A stretch of DNA of 64,000 bases from Candidatus Eiseniibacteriota bacterium (GCA_963717935.1 CAVQXP010000004.1:1824001-1888000), one strand, 5' to 3'. Positions 20,252-31,111 are shown, numbered from the stretch's first letter. Notes: generated by a model not told the origin, from the letters alone. Numbers and translations: made by a program.

Positions 20252-20391
20252 GACCACTGGCTGCGCCGCCCGATTGGCCGGGGTCGCGCGGATGCTCCAG
20301 GCCTTGCCCTGAAGACGACCACGGTCCGCCGTCCCGCCACGTGCCGCGCGAACGCAGGCCACCACGACAACGCGAACGACCGAGGAATCCG

Positions 20392-20559
20392 ATGCCGCTC
20401 AGTCCCGAACTGCTCAGCATCCTGGTGTGTCCCGCGTGCAAGGGCGACCTGGCCTACGAAGAGAACGTCCAGCGCCTCACCTGCAACGCCTGCCGGTTGC
20501 GCTATCGCATCGCGGACGACATCCCTGTGATGCTGGTCGAGGAAGCGGAGAAGTTCTGA
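20392..20559 (+). CDS. Trm112/YcaR-family Zn-binding protein
   Basis: LLSILVCPACKGDL...CNAC..YRIADDIPVML. Confidence 0.92.
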   Translation: MPLSPELLSILVCPACKGDLAYEENVQRLTCNACRLRYRIADDIPVMLVEEAEKF

Positions 20560-23500
20560 CCGCCCGCGCCGGTACGCACTCCGCGCCCCGACCCCGCGCC
20601 GTCTTCGGTCCGGCCCTGCTCGCGCTGTCGCTGCTGGCCGGGGGTGGTGCGCCGGTGAGCGCCACTGCCGAGTCGCAGGGCGTGAGGCTCGTGGCTACCG
20701 ACGACGCCATGATCCGCTTCGAGGTGAGCGTGCCGGTCCCGCAGTTCGTGACCGTTCCGGCCGCGGGCGGGACGGAGACCGCGACGCGGCTCGTCCTCGA
20801 GGGCCACGAGAACGCCGTGGGCTCGGTGGACCCGGGTCTGCCGGGCCGCATCGTCGTGCTGGCGGTGCCGCCCCTGGGGGAGATCCGGGTGAGCGCCGTC
20901 GGCGCCGAAGCCGAGGTGCGGGATGCGTTCCTGCTCGCGCCGGCGCCGGGTCTGTCGCCCGAGGACCGCGCGCAGACGCGCCCCGCGGCCGGGACGGACG
21001 CCCAGCCCGGACCGCGCGCGGAACTCCTGGGTGTGGGCTGGCTGCGCAACCAGCGCGTCGCGCGGATCGCCCTCCACCCGGCCGACTACGACGCGGATGC
21101 ACGGCGCCTCGTGCTCTACCGCCGCATCGAGGTCACGGTCGTGGTCGAAGCGGTGGGGGACCTCGGTCCGCCGGCCGAGAGCCCGGACCCGTTCGAAGGC
21201 GTCTACCGGGGCGCCGTGCTCAACTACGAGCAGGGGCGGGGCTGGCGCCGGCCCGAGACGCGGCGGCTGCTGGCGCAGGCGGCCCTGCAGCCCGACCGGC
21301 TCGCGGCGTTCGCGGCGGCGGTGCCCGAGACGAGCGTGTACGTCGGCCGCACCTGGATCAAGTTCGCGGTGACCCGGACCGGCTTCTACAAGGTGGACTA
21401 CGGGCGGCTGCGGACGCTGTCGCTGTTCTCGAACGACACCGACTCGACCGCTGCGTCGCTCGACAGCCTGCGCCTGTTCAACTGGCCGGGTTTCCCGGTG
21501 CTCCCGGTGGGCTCGTACTGCGACTCGTGCGATTACCGCGAGGTGGCCATCGCCTTCGCGGACGACGGGGATGGCCGCTTCCGGACGAACACCGACCAGT
21601 TCTACTTCTTCGCCATGGGGCCGAGCGGCTGGGCGAGCCTCTACGACCCGGCGCGACCGGAGACGGTATTCGTCAACCACCCGTACGAGACGAACAACTA
21701 CTACTACCTGACCCGCGCCACCGAGGAGTCGCCGGTGGGGGGGACGCGAGCACGGATCGCCACGCTGGACGGCACCATCACGAACCCGTCGCTGCCCACG
21801 CCCGTCACCTTCCCCGCGCGCGCCCACCACGAACAGGACACGGAGTACTGGCCCAACGCGTCGCCCCTGTACTCGACCAACGACCGGCAGCTCTTCTGGG
21901 AGAAGTGGTTCTGGCAGGCGGTCTCGCCGGGCGGGTCGTTCCGCGTGCCGCCGGTGGACCTGCCGGGCGCCGACACCACGCAGTCCGCCCGGATCCGAGC
22001 GCTGGTCTGGGGGCTCAACGAACCCGAGAGCAGCCCCTGGCACGGCGTGGCCATCGACTTCAACGGCCAGGACCTCGGAACGATGACCTTCCGCGGGATG
22101 CTGGCGCAGGTCTACGACGTGACCGTCAGCAACCTGCGGACCGTGGCGAACGCGTTCACGATGAGCGTGCCGGCAACGGTCACCACGAGGACCGGGCTGG
22201 CCTGGTTCGACCTCTACTACCAGCGCGCCTTCCAGCCCGTGGGCGACCGGCTCGACTTCGACACGCCGGCCGGGGGGAACGGCGACGTCATCTACCGGCT
22301 CGGACCTTTCACGCAGTCCGCGGTCCCGTTCGTCTTCGACGTCACGGACGCCAGCCGGCCGGTGCAGATCCTCGTCCCGTCCGACACGACGCACTACGCC
22401 CCGAGGCCGGACGGCTACTACCTGGCGTTCCAGGCCTCGGAGACGTCCCGGCGGCGCTACCGCGTGGCCCCCGCGGACAGCATCGTGTCCGTGGCGCAGC
22501 AGACCATCCGGGAGGCGCCGTTCACGAGCCTCGAGAACCTGCGCTCCTTCAGCGAGCGGGCGGACTACATCGTCATCTACTACGACGACTTCCGCGCGGC
22601 CGCCGACTCGCTGGTGGCGTGGCGGCGGCAACACCTGCCCCTGTGGGGCGCGACCGCGCCGTTCGAGGCGAAGACGGTGCCGATCTCGGCGCTGTACGAC
22701 CAGTTCTCGGGCGGACGCACCGACCCGGCGGCCATCCGCAACTTCCTGCGGGCGGCGTTCTACAACTGGAACGGGGGCGGTAGCCCGCGCCGGCCGTCCT
22801 TCGTGACGCTCCTGGGGGACGCCTCCTACGACTTCAAGAACCTCACCGGTCGGGCGGTGGCGGGCCAGCCCGGCACGCTCGTGCCCACCTACGAGGACAA
22901 CTTCGACGACTACGTGAGGCGGCAGTTCATCACGGACGACTGGATGTTCAATGTGGACAGCGCAGCCCTCGTCATCCCCGATTTCCTGGGCGGGCGCATC
23001 CCCGTGGGCGACCCGACCGCGGCGCTCGCGGTGGTCCGCGGCAAGGTGCTGGCCCACGAGCGCGTCTCACCGCTCGGGGAGTGGCGCAACCGGATCATGC
23101 TGATCGCCGACGACAACATGCAGGGGGAGGAACTGGACGACCTGCGCTGGAGGCACCTGGAGCAGACCGCGTCCCTGGACGCCAACGTCACGCCCCCGCA
23201 TCTGGACCGGGTGTACGTCTACCTGCACACGTATCCGACCGGCCCCGGGGCGGGCAAGCCGGGTGCCAAGGCGGATATCCGGGAGGGTGTCAACGAAGGC
23301 GTGGCGCTCATGAATTTCGTGGGTCACGGCAGCCCGTTCCAGCTGGCCGACGAGCGCGTGCTGCTCGACACCGACGTGGGCACGCTGACGAACGCTCCGC
23401 GCTTCACGGTGCTCGTCGCGGCTTCGTGCGATGTCGGCAAGTTCAGCGATCCGACGGTGCAGAGCCTGGGCGAGCGGCTCATCACCAGCACCGCGGGGGG

Positions 23501-24815
23501 CGCGATCGGGGTGATCTCGGCGACGGAGCTTGCCTTCAGCGATCTGAATGCGACGCTGAACCAGAACCTCTACCGTGAACTGTTCCGGCGCGACACGGTG
23601 GCGTGCCTGTACCACACGCCGCTCTCGGAGGCGCTGCTGAAGACCAAGTTCGGCTCCGTCAACTCGCAGAAGTACCAGCTCATGGGGGATGCGGCGACCC
23701 TCGTGGCGCTGCCGCGGTTCTGGGTGGACGTGGCTCTGGCGGACTCGGCCGGCAACCCGGTGAGCGAGATGAGACGTGGCCAGACGCTTGGCTTCCAGGG
23801 CCGCGTGCGGACCTGCCCGGGTGGGGATCCGCTGTCGTTCGACGGGGTGGTGGCGGTGCTCATCGGGGACTCGCAGGAGATCGGCGTCGCGGACTACGTC
23901 ACGTACCCGTACCGGGCCGGGGCCATCTACCGCGGCGATGTCGGGGTGACGAACGGGGAATTCCGCGGCCGCTTCGTGGTGCCGATGGAGGCGCGCGAGG
24001 GGGACCGGGGGCGCGTGCGGGCCTATGCGGAGGGCCGGGCCGCGGGCGAGGGCTTCGACACCGACGGCGCCGGGTCCGTGGCCGTGCGGGTCTTGCCGGG
24101 GGAGGCGCCCGCGGGTGACGTCACAGGTCCGCGGATCACGCTCTCCTTCGTGGGGGGGGCGACCTCGGTGCGTCCCGACGCGGTCCTCAAGGTGGACCTC
24201 TACGACGAGAACGGCATCCTCACCACGGACCACACGCCGCAGAACGGGATCATCGTGACCGTGGACGGGAACACCACGAACCGCGCGGACATCACCGAAT
24301 CCTTCCGCTATGCGGCGGACTCGTATCAGTCGGGTGTGGCGCAGTTCGAGCTGCCGAATCTGCCGCTGGGTGCGCATACCGTCAGCGTGAGCGCCGCCGA
24401 CAACCTGGCCTCGGGCCTGAGCGCCGGCGTACATCGTTCGCGGGCGAGCCTGGATTTCACCGTGGTGGATCAACCGGACCTGCGCATCGCCCACGCTTAC
24501 CTGTTCCCGAACCCGGCCGAGTCGCGCTGGGACGGGGGCGGGGGGCAGTTCGTGGTGGATGCCCCGGGTGACTCGGTCAACACGCTGCTGCGCATCTACA
24601 CGGCCTCGGGCAGGCTCATCCGCACTCTCAGCGTCTTCGGCGGGCTGGGGCAGGTACAGGTGCCCTGGGACGGGCTGGACGAAGAGGGGCAACCGCTGGC
24701 CAACGGCGTCTACTTCTTCCGGGTGCACGTCAACCCCAGGGACCCGGATGGTACGAGCAGCCCGCGACGGAAGGCGGACGCGGATGGGCGTTTCGTTATC
24801 GTAAACCGGAAATAG
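20556..24815 (+). CDS. porU: PorU-like C25 (gingipain-family) sortase with C-terminal FlgD-Ig domain
   Basis: Propeptide-like N-terminus; YDQFSGGRTDPAAIRNFL, LLGDASYDFKN, catalytic GHG and ASC; D.TGPRI..DENGI PorU-type segment. Start approximate. Confidence 0.85.
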   Translation: MTARAGTHSAPRPRAVFGPALLALSLLAGGGAPVSATAESQGVRLVATDDAMIRFEVSVPVPQFVTVPAAGGTETATRLVLEGHENAVGSVDPGLPGRIVVLAVPPLGEIRVSAVGAEAEVRDAFLLAPAPGLSPEDRAQTRPAAGTDAQPGPRAELLGVGWLRNQRVARIALHPADYDADARRLVLYRRIEVTVVVEAVGDLGPPAESPDPFEGVYRGAVLNYEQGRGWRRPETRRLLAQAALQPDRLAAFAAAVPETSVYVGRTWIKFAVTRTGFYKVDYGRLRTLSLFSNDTDSTAASLDSLRLFNWPGFPVLPVGSYCDSCDYREVAIAFADDGDGRFRTNTDQFYFFAMGPSGWASLYDPARPETVFVNHPYETNNYYYLTRATEESPVGGTRARIATLDGTITNPSLPTPVTFPARAHHEQDTEYWPNASPLYSTNDRQLFWEKWFWQAVSPGGSFRVPPVDLPGADTTQSARIRALVWGLNEPESSPWHGVAIDFNGQDLGTMTFRGMLAQVYDVTVSNLRTVANAFTMSVPATVTTRTGLAWFDLYYQRAFQPVGDRLDFDTPAGGNGDVIYRLGPFTQSAVPFVFDVTDASRPVQILVPSDTTHYAPRPDGYYLAFQASETSRRRYRVAPADSIVSVAQQTIREAPFTSLENLRSFSERADYIVIYYDDFRAAADSLVAWRRQHLPLWGATAPFEAKTVPISALYDQFSGGRTDPAAIRNFLRAAFYNWNGGGSPRRPSFVTLLGDASYDFKNLTGRAVAGQPGTLVPTYEDNFDDYVRRQFITDDWMFNVDSAALVIPDFLGGRIPVGDPTAALAVVRGKVLAHERVSPLGEWRNRIMLIADDNMQGEELDDLRWRHLEQTASLDANVTPPHLDRVYVYLHTYPTGPGAGKPGAKADIREGVNEGVALMNFVGHGSPFQLADERVLLDTDVGTLTNAPRFTVLVAASCDVGKFSDPTVQSLGERLITSTAGGAIGVISATELAFSDLNATLNQNLYRELFRRDTVACLYHTPLSEALLKTKFGSVNSQKYQLMGDAATLVALPRFWVDVALADSAGNPVSEMRRGQTLGFQGRVRTCPGGDPLSFDGVVAVLIGDSQEIGVADYVTYPYRAGAIYRGDVGVTNGEFRGRFVVPMEAREGDRGRVRAYAEGRAAGEGFDTDGAGSVAVRVLPGEAPAGDVTGPRITLSFVGGATSVRPDAVLKVDLYDENGILTTDHTPQNGIIVTVDGNTTNRADITESFRYAADSYQSGVAQFELPNLPLGAHTVSVSAADNLASGLSAGVHRSRASLDFTVVDQPDLRIAHAYLFPNPAESRWDGGGGQFVVDAPGDSVNTLLRIYTASGRLIRTLSVFGGLGQVQVPWDGLDEEGQPLANGVYFFRVHVNPRDPDGTSSPRRKADADGRFVIVNRK

Positions 24816-24995
24816 GCCCCCGCCCCCCGGTCCATCCGGTGGCCTGACAGTGGGTTCGGGCCCGTGCGGGTGGTGGGGGGTGGGCGGCCGAGACCCTTCA
24901 GGTTGAAATGGTTGGAGCGCCGGGATGGGGTCCGGTGTAGTATCCGTGATCGCTTGCGTGGGGAGATGGTCGTCCTGACGGAGGAAGAACCTATC

Positions 24996-25964
24996 ATGCG
25001 TTTCAATGTCACCGCACTCGCTCTCATGGCCGGGCTCGTGCTTGCGGCACCGGCTTTCGCGCAGGGAACCGGCCGTTCCCTGGACATCCAGCCCGGTGCC
25101 CGGGAGAACGGCATGGGAGCGGCGGGCGTGGCCCTCGCGGACGATGCCACGGGGATGACCTGGTGGAACCCGGCGGGGCTGGGCTTCGCCAAGCGCCCCG
25201 GTCTGCAGATGACCAACGCGAAGCTCGTGCCCGGGCTCGCGGACGACGTGTCTTACAACCACGTGGCCTATGCCCATCCCATGGAGGGCTGGGGCGGACT
25301 GGCCCTGTCCGTCTCATTTCTCTCCTATGGGACCAGCATCCAGACCGACATCTCCGGCAACGAGGGGTTCGCCTTCGACTCCTACGAGGCTTCCTCGGGC
25401 CTCTCCTACGGGGTCGAATTGCTGCCCGACCTGGCGATCGGCGCCAGCGTCAAGTACATCCATATCCAGTTGGCGCCCACAAGCTTGCAGGGTGTGGCGT
25501 CGGCGCTGGGCTTTGACCTCGGGTGCCTGTATCGCCTCCAGCCCGCGCACGTGCGGCTCGGCGCCAGCGTGCAGAACCTCGGTCCGAGCGTGGTGTTCAT
25601 CAACGAGGATCTGGCGAGCCCGCTCTCGCGGAACGTCAAGGCCGGTTTTGCCTGGGAGCCGATCAACCGCAGCGGTCTCACCTCCACGGTGGCCGGGGAC
25701 TTCAACCAGTCGCTCGTGACCACGCGATTCCGCACCTACCACGGCGGGCTCGAGGTGAAGTACTCCACCCAGACGGACAAGGCGACCGGCGGGGTCGGAC
25801 TTGCCGGCCGCTTCGGCTACTACTACGACCCGCTCGGCGAGATCAAGGACCTGACCTACGGTCTGGGCCTCAGCTGGGGGAGCCTGACGCTGGACTACGG
25901 CTCGCTGCCGCAGGCCACCACGCTCCCGCATGTCGAGAAGATCAGCCTGGGCTACCGCTTCTGA
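24996..25964 (+). CDS. porV: PorV/PorQ-family outer-membrane barrel
   Basis: LDIQPGARENGMG...ADDATGMTWWNPAGL, ASVKYI, SVQNLG, C-terminal SLGYRF. Confidence 0.85.
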   Translation: MRFNVTALALMAGLVLAAPAFAQGTGRSLDIQPGARENGMGAAGVALADDATGMTWWNPAGLGFAKRPGLQMTNAKLVPGLADDVSYNHVAYAHPMEGWGGLALSVSFLSYGTSIQTDISGNEGFAFDSYEASSGLSYGVELLPDLAIGASVKYIHIQLAPTSLQGVASALGFDLGCLYRLQPAHVRLGASVQNLGPSVVFINEDLASPLSRNVKAGFAWEPINRSGLTSTVAGDFNQSLVTTRFRTYHGGLEVKYSTQTDKATGGVGLAGRFGYYYDPLGEIKDLTYGLGLSWGSLTLDYGSLPQATTLPHVEKISLGYRF

Positions 25965-25993
25965 GGCGTCCCGGCGGCAGCGGGACGAGACCC

Positions 25994-28900
25994 GTGCGCG
26001 GCGTCTTCCTTGCAACCCTGCTGGTCCTGGCGCTCCTGCCGTCCGCGGCGCTCCCCGCGCGGGCGGCAGGAACGCTGAAGGTGCGCCGGGTTGCCCGTGC
26101 CGAGGACGTCGCGCGGCTGCAGCGCCTGGGTCTGCCGGCCCCACTCGCAGTTCGCCCCGAGGAAGCGCACATCCAGGCCGAGCGCGAGCGGCGCTGGCGC
26201 TCGATGCGCGACCTGCTCACCGCCCCGGGGGTGGACTGGTCGCTGCAGGCGCAGCGCCGCACGGGTTGGCGGCCCGCCGTGCAGCCGGCGCGCGACCCGC
26301 GGGCGGCCGCGGCGCGCGCGGTCGGCGTGGTCGCGGAGACGCCGCCCGAGACCCTGCGGGTCGCGTTCATCCGCATCGACTTCCTGAGTGACCGCGGTGG
26401 CTCCGCCTCCACCGGGGATGGTCGCTTCGACCTCTCGGGGCCCGACACGAATGCCGTGCCGATCGACCCGCCGCCGCACGACCGCGCCTTCTTCCAGGCG
26501 CATCTCGAGGCCCTCGCGCGTTACTACGACGCCACCTCCTACGGGCGCGTGGTCGTGGTCGGCGAGGTCTGGCCCCGCGACGCGACTGCGGCCTACTCGC
26601 TCAGCGACATGGCCGACTACGGTCCCTGGGCCTTCAGCCAGGAGATCTACCGCGCCGCGGTCCACATGTTCCGCGACATGTTCTTCGCCGCCGACACGCA
26701 GTCCGCGGCGCGCGGCGACCCCATCCCCTGGGACGACTACGACCGCTACTACCTGATCCACGCCGGAAGCGACCTGCAGAGCGACGTGCGGCAGGACAGC
26801 GAGGAGGACATCCCCTCGTTCACGATCGGCGTGGCCGACACGGACGTGGTGATCTTCCCCGACTCCACCAACCGCCCCATCGACCGGGCCACGATCGTGC
26901 CCGAGCTGGGCGGGCAGGATGGCTACTACGGGGCCATCAACGGCGTCATCGTGCACGAGTCGGGGCACAACCTGCTCGGTCTCGCGGACCTCTACAACGT
27001 CGATACGGGCTACCCGGTGGTGGGCTACTGGAGCCTGATGGACAGCGGGAACCTGCTGGGTTCGCGCGTGACGCTGAAGGACGGCACCGAGATCTACGCC
27101 ACCGGCCTGCTGCCCCCCAGCGTGGACCCGTGGCAGCGCGCCTTCGCGACCGACGTCCTGGCGTTCCCCGAGGTGGACTACGGAGGAAGCCCGGACTCGC
27201 TCGCCGACAGCGAGCGCCACCCGGACGTGCGGCGGGTCACGCTCTCGAGCGACGAGTACCTGCTGCTCGAGAACCGGCATCTCGCGGCGGCGGACACGGT
27301 CCTGCTGGACCAGGATTCGACCACCCGCGTCATCCTCGGACCGAAGAGCCCGGACCGCTATGAGTACGACGCGCTGCTGCCCGGCAGCGGGATCCTGGTC
27401 TGGCACATCGACGAGAGCGTGATCCCCTTCGAGACGTCACTGCGCGTCAACCCGGGCTTCGGCTTCAACACGAACCCGCAGCGCCTCGCGGTGTCGGTCG
27501 TCGAGGGCGACGGGCTCGCGGACCTGGGCGATGCCGGTTCGCCCTACTTCCTTGGCGCGCCCTTCGACCCGTGGTTCGTCAGCAACAACGCGACGCTCTC
27601 GGACTCGACCTTCCCGAACCTGATCCCGCACACCGGGACGCGGCCGCACAAGCGGCTCGACTTCCTCGACGACCCGGCGCTGCTCATGCACTTCAGCGCC
27701 CGGCGCGCGTGGGCGCTGGAAGGCTGGCCGGTCAGCGCGGACTTCCCGCCCGGTGGACCGCAACTGCTCGCGGTGGACGCGGACGGCGACCGGGGGCTGG
27801 ACGTCTGCTGGGCAGGTGGTCGCGATTCGATCGACGTGCTGGCGGCCGACGAGGTCGTGCGCGTGGCGAACCCCGACAGCGCCGCGCTCTTCGCGGTGCG
27901 TCCGGACGGGCTCGCGCTCGACGGCACGAGCGCCTACGCGTTCGCGCAACTCGACCGCAGGCCGCGGCCCGAAGTGGCGGCGCTCGCCCGGGGTGACTCG
28001 GGGGCGTACTTCGCGGTCACGACGTATCCGGCGGGCGCCGACACCAGCAGCCCGGGCGGGCGCGTCTGGCTGCTCGACCACCTCGGCCAGGTGCGTCCGG
28101 GCTGGCCGCCGGCGCTGCCCTCGATCGTGACCACCCCGCCGGTCATCGCGGGGGAGTACCCGGACGCGACCGTGTTCGTCGGTTGCGCGGATGGGTCGAT
28201 CTACGGGCTCGATCTGGACGGAAGCGTCGCGGGCACGGCGTCCGTGCGCGCGGGCGTGCCGTGCGCGGGTCGCCTCGCGGTCGCCGGTTCGTACGTCGCG
28301 GCGGGCGCCGGGGATGGCACCGTGGCCGTGCTGCGCTTCGAGCGGGGGTCCGAGCCCATCGGGCTTGAGTGGAGCCGCCGACTCGTCGAGGACGGTCCCT
28401 TCGTCCCCGATTTCCTGTGGCTTCCGCTCGACGGCGGCGGGGAGGCCGTGCCCGCGTCGACGTCCTTCGCGGTGTGCGGCGCCGGCGTGCCCGCGCTCGT
28501 CGTCCACCACGCGGACCTCCTCTGGGCGTTCTGCCGGGACGGCGCGCCGGTCGCCGGCTGGGGCCACTCCTTCGGCGATACGCTGGTCGCCGGCCTGGGC
28601 GCCGGCGATCCCGATGGTGACGGGCTGCCCGAGGTGCTCACGCACAGCGTCCGCTCCGGGCTCGCGTTCGTGAACCGCACGGGCTACCCGTCACCGGGGT
28701 GGCCCAGGCGCGGCACGCTCGAGGACCTGCGCACGGGCAGCCCGCCGCTGGCGCTCGACGTGGACGGTGATGCCCGCAGCGAGATCGTGGGCATGAACGC
28801 GAGCGGCATCGTGGCGGCGCTGCGGGCCGATGGCGGCACTCCCGAGGGCTGGCCGCTCGCCAGTGGCAGTGGCGCGACCGGTTCCCCCGTGGCCGCCGAT

Positions 28901-29365
28901 CTGGATGGCGACGGCTCGCTCGACCTGGTCGTCCCCGACCGCTTCGGGCGGCTCTTCGCCTACACGCTGCCGGTCGCGCCGGGCGACCCCGTCGCGACCT
29001 CCTGGACGATGCTGGGCGGGGACCCCGGACGAACCTCGTCGCTCGCGGCGAACGCCACGCCGGCGGCTCCGCTGGCCAGCGCCGGGCCGCTGACCCGCGG
29101 CTCGCTCAAGGCCTATCCGAATCCGGCGCGGCGGCACCCGGTCTCGTTCGCCTTCCGTCTCACGGAGCCCGCGGACGTCGAGTTCCGCATCCTCGACACC
29201 TCGGGTCACGAGGTGGCGTCGTTCTCGCGTCCGGGGCTGCAGGGCGAGAACGTGCAGATCTGGGAGCCGGGCGCCCTGCCCGCGGGCCTCTACCTGGCGC
29301 GGTTGCGCTTCCGCGGGGCGCTGAGCGAGCGGGTCGAGGTGCTCCAGGTGGGGGTGCTGCGATGA
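25994..29365 (+). CDS. M6 (immune inhibitor A-like) metalloprotease with FG-GAP repeats and T9SS-type C-terminal domain
   Basis: HESGHNLLGLADLY, WSLMDSG, EYLLLENR, GILVWHIDE; C-terminal AYPNP...GLYLARL. Confidence 0.85.
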   Translation: MRGVFLATLLVLALLPSAALPARAAGTLKVRRVARAEDVARLQRLGLPAPLAVRPEEAHIQAERERRWRSMRDLLTAPGVDWSLQAQRRTGWRPAVQPARDPRAAAARAVGVVAETPPETLRVAFIRIDFLSDRGGSASTGDGRFDLSGPDTNAVPIDPPPHDRAFFQAHLEALARYYDATSYGRVVVVGEVWPRDATAAYSLSDMADYGPWAFSQEIYRAAVHMFRDMFFAADTQSAARGDPIPWDDYDRYYLIHAGSDLQSDVRQDSEEDIPSFTIGVADTDVVIFPDSTNRPIDRATIVPELGGQDGYYGAINGVIVHESGHNLLGLADLYNVDTGYPVVGYWSLMDSGNLLGSRVTLKDGTEIYATGLLPPSVDPWQRAFATDVLAFPEVDYGGSPDSLADSERHPDVRRVTLSSDEYLLLENRHLAAADTVLLDQDSTTRVILGPKSPDRYEYDALLPGSGILVWHIDESVIPFETSLRVNPGFGFNTNPQRLAVSVVEGDGLADLGDAGSPYFLGAPFDPWFVSNNATLSDSTFPNLIPHTGTRPHKRLDFLDDPALLMHFSARRAWALEGWPVSADFPPGGPQLLAVDADGDRGLDVCWAGGRDSIDVLAADEVVRVANPDSAALFAVRPDGLALDGTSAYAFAQLDRRPRPEVAALARGDSGAYFAVTTYPAGADTSSPGGRVWLLDHLGQVRPGWPPALPSIVTTPPVIAGEYPDATVFVGCADGSIYGLDLDGSVAGTASVRAGVPCAGRLAVAGSYVAAGAGDGTVAVLRFERGSEPIGLEWSRRLVEDGPFVPDFLWLPLDGGGEAVPASTSFAVCGAGVPALVVHHADLLWAFCRDGAPVAGWGHSFGDTLVAGLGAGDPDGDGLPEVLTHSVRSGLAFVNRTGYPSPGWPRRGTLEDLRTGSPPLALDVDGDARSEIVGMNASGIVAALRADGGTPEGWPLASGSGATGSPVAADLDGDGSLDLVVPDRFGRLFAYTLPVAPGDPVATSWTMLGGDPGRTSSLAANATPAAPLASAGPLTRGSLKAYPNPARRHPVSFAFRLTEPADVEFRILDTSGHEVASFSRPGLQGENVQIWEPGALPAGLYLARLRFRGALSERVEVLQVGVLR

Positions 29366-30168
29366 CGCGGCGCCGCGCTCCGCGCCTGCGGGTCCTCGGC
29401 CTGGCGTTGTTGCTCGCCAGCGGGGCTCTGCTGAACGCGGGGACGGCCGCTGCCGTGATCCGCGGCTCTGCGCTGGCGCTGCCGCTGGTCATGGACCCCG
29501 GCAGGCCGCGGTTCAGCCTCGCCCAGCGCGCCATCGACCGTTCGTGGGGACTTTCGGAGGACTCCAGCTACACCGAGGTCGACGTGCCGGAGTGGCGCTC
29601 CGAGGGACTGGCCGCCGGGTTCTCGGCGGTGCTCCCCGGGGCGGGCCAGCTCTACGCAGGGGAGGGCAGTGGAGTGTGGTTCGCGCTGGCCGAGGTGGCG
29701 GGCTGGACCGCGAACCGCATCTTCCTGCACAAGGCGCAGACCGAGCGGGATCGCTCGGCCCTCTTCGTGGGCGACCCGACCGACTCGACGAGCGCCTGGT
29801 CCTTCGAGCGCTTCAGCCAGGCCACGGGGATGGATGCCTCGGAGATCGCCGCCATCTGGGCCCAGGACCGGCAGGCGTTCTACGAGCTCATCGCCCGCGA
29901 ACCCATCTACCTCGCCGGCTGGAGCGGCCAGTCCGAGGTCACGCGCAGCACGTTCTTCGGCATCCGCGACCTGTCGCGCGGCTACTACGACCGGGCGTCC
30001 AGCGTGGGCTACGTGCTCTGGCTCAATCACCTGATCGCCGCGTTCGACGCGTTGCGCGCGGCGCGCCTGAAGAATCTGGTGTTGCAGCACAATCTGGAGC
30101 TCAAGCTCCGGAGTTCCTGGCACGGCGGGCGCCCGGCCGTCATGGCCGTGCTGATGAGGAGGTTCTGA
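29362..30168 (+). CDS. Exported hypothetical protein (SAVLPGAGQLY, DUF5683-like motif)
   Basis: Signal peptide, PGxGQ motif, terminal Phe; overlaps both neighbours. Confidence 0.65.
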   Translation: MTRRRAPRLRVLGLALLLASGALLNAGTAAAVIRGSALALPLVMDPGRPRFSLAQRAIDRSWGLSEDSSYTEVDVPEWRSEGLAAGFSAVLPGAGQLYAGEGSGVWFALAEVAGWTANRIFLHKAQTERDRSALFVGDPTDSTSAWSFERFSQATGMDASEIAAIWAQDRQAFYELIAREPIYLAGWSGQSEVTRSTFFGIRDLSRGYYDRASSVGYVLWLNHLIAAFDALRAARLKNLVLQHNLELKLRSSWHGGRPAVMAVLMRRF

Positions 30169-31088
30169 TGCGGGCCTGCCTGCGGCCGTGGCTCGTGGCG
30201 GCGGCACTGTTGCTCGCCCTGGGTGGAGGCGCGCCTCGAGCCGCCGTGGCCGTGGCCCGTCCGGACGGCGAGGCCCTGCCGGGCGCGGATCTGGCCCCGG
30301 GCGCGGAGGCCTGCCGCGGGCCCGCGGCGGGCACGCTCGCGCTGGCCCGCCCGTCGGCCTCCTTCTTCTCGGACGCGCCGGGCGACGATCCGGACGGGCC
30401 GCTCGCGCTCTCCTTCGGCCGCCGGGGCGCACGGGTGCCCCGCGCAGAGCGCGCAACGCTGCCGTCCGGGGCGCTCGGGGCCGAGCGGGCCCGCATCCTG
30501 CTGCGCTCGCTCACGCTTCCGGGCTGGGGGCAGGCGACGCTCGGCCGGCGCACGTCGGCCCTGTTCTTCGGTCTGACCGAGACGGCGATCTGGGGGACGT
30601 TCACGGCCTTCCGCATCCAGGTCGCGATGCGCGAGGACGCCTTCCTGCGCACGGCGCGGCTCCAGGCGGGCATCGACCTCGAGGGGCGGGACGAGGAGTG
30701 GCGGCGCATCGTCGGGGGATTCGTGAGCAGCGACGAGTACAACCTGCTGGTGGTGGCGCGGGACGCCGCGAACCTCTACTACGATGACCCGGTCGCGTAT
30801 CGGGCCTACCTGGCGGAGCACTCGCTCGCGGGCGCCGACGCGTGGAGGTGGACGAGCGTCGAGGGGCAGCTTCGCTACCGCGACCAGCGCAAGAACGCGC
30901 AGCGCGCCGCCCAGCGGGCCAACACCACGCTGGCGGTGGCGGTCGTGAACCGGATCGTGAGCGCGCTGCACGCGGCTCGCGTCGCTGGCCGCCCGGCGGC
31001 GGCCGCCCGCTCGTGGCAGCTCGAGGTCGTCCCGGTGGCGTGCGAGGACGCGACGGCCTTCCAGTTCCGGGTGCGCGCGCGGTTCTGA
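30168..31088 (+). CDS. Exported hypothetical protein, paralog of the upstream gene
   Basis: SLTLPGWGQ motif, NRIVSALHAARV matching NHLIAAFDALRA, terminal FRVRARF. Confidence 0.65.
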   Translation: MRACLRPWLVAAALLLALGGGAPRAAVAVARPDGEALPGADLAPGAEACRGPAAGTLALARPSASFFSDAPGDDPDGPLALSFGRRGARVPRAERATLPSGALGAERARILLRSLTLPGWGQATLGRRTSALFFGLTETAIWGTFTAFRIQVAMREDAFLRTARLQAGIDLEGRDEEWRRIVGGFVSSDEYNLLVVARDAANLYYDDPVAYRAYLAEHSLAGADAWRWTSVEGQLRYRDQRKNAQRAAQRANTTLAVAVVNRIVSALHAARVAGRPAAAARSWQLEVVPVACEDATAFQFRVRARF

Positions 31089-31111
31089 CGCGGGCTCGAG
31101 CGGCGATCCCC

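Noticed and set aside
9234..23057. Very long antisense ORFs (9234-12470, 15724-19035, 20502-23057; also 57145-60105)
   Set aside because: Shadow ORFs from high GC3 codon bias opposite well-recognised genes.
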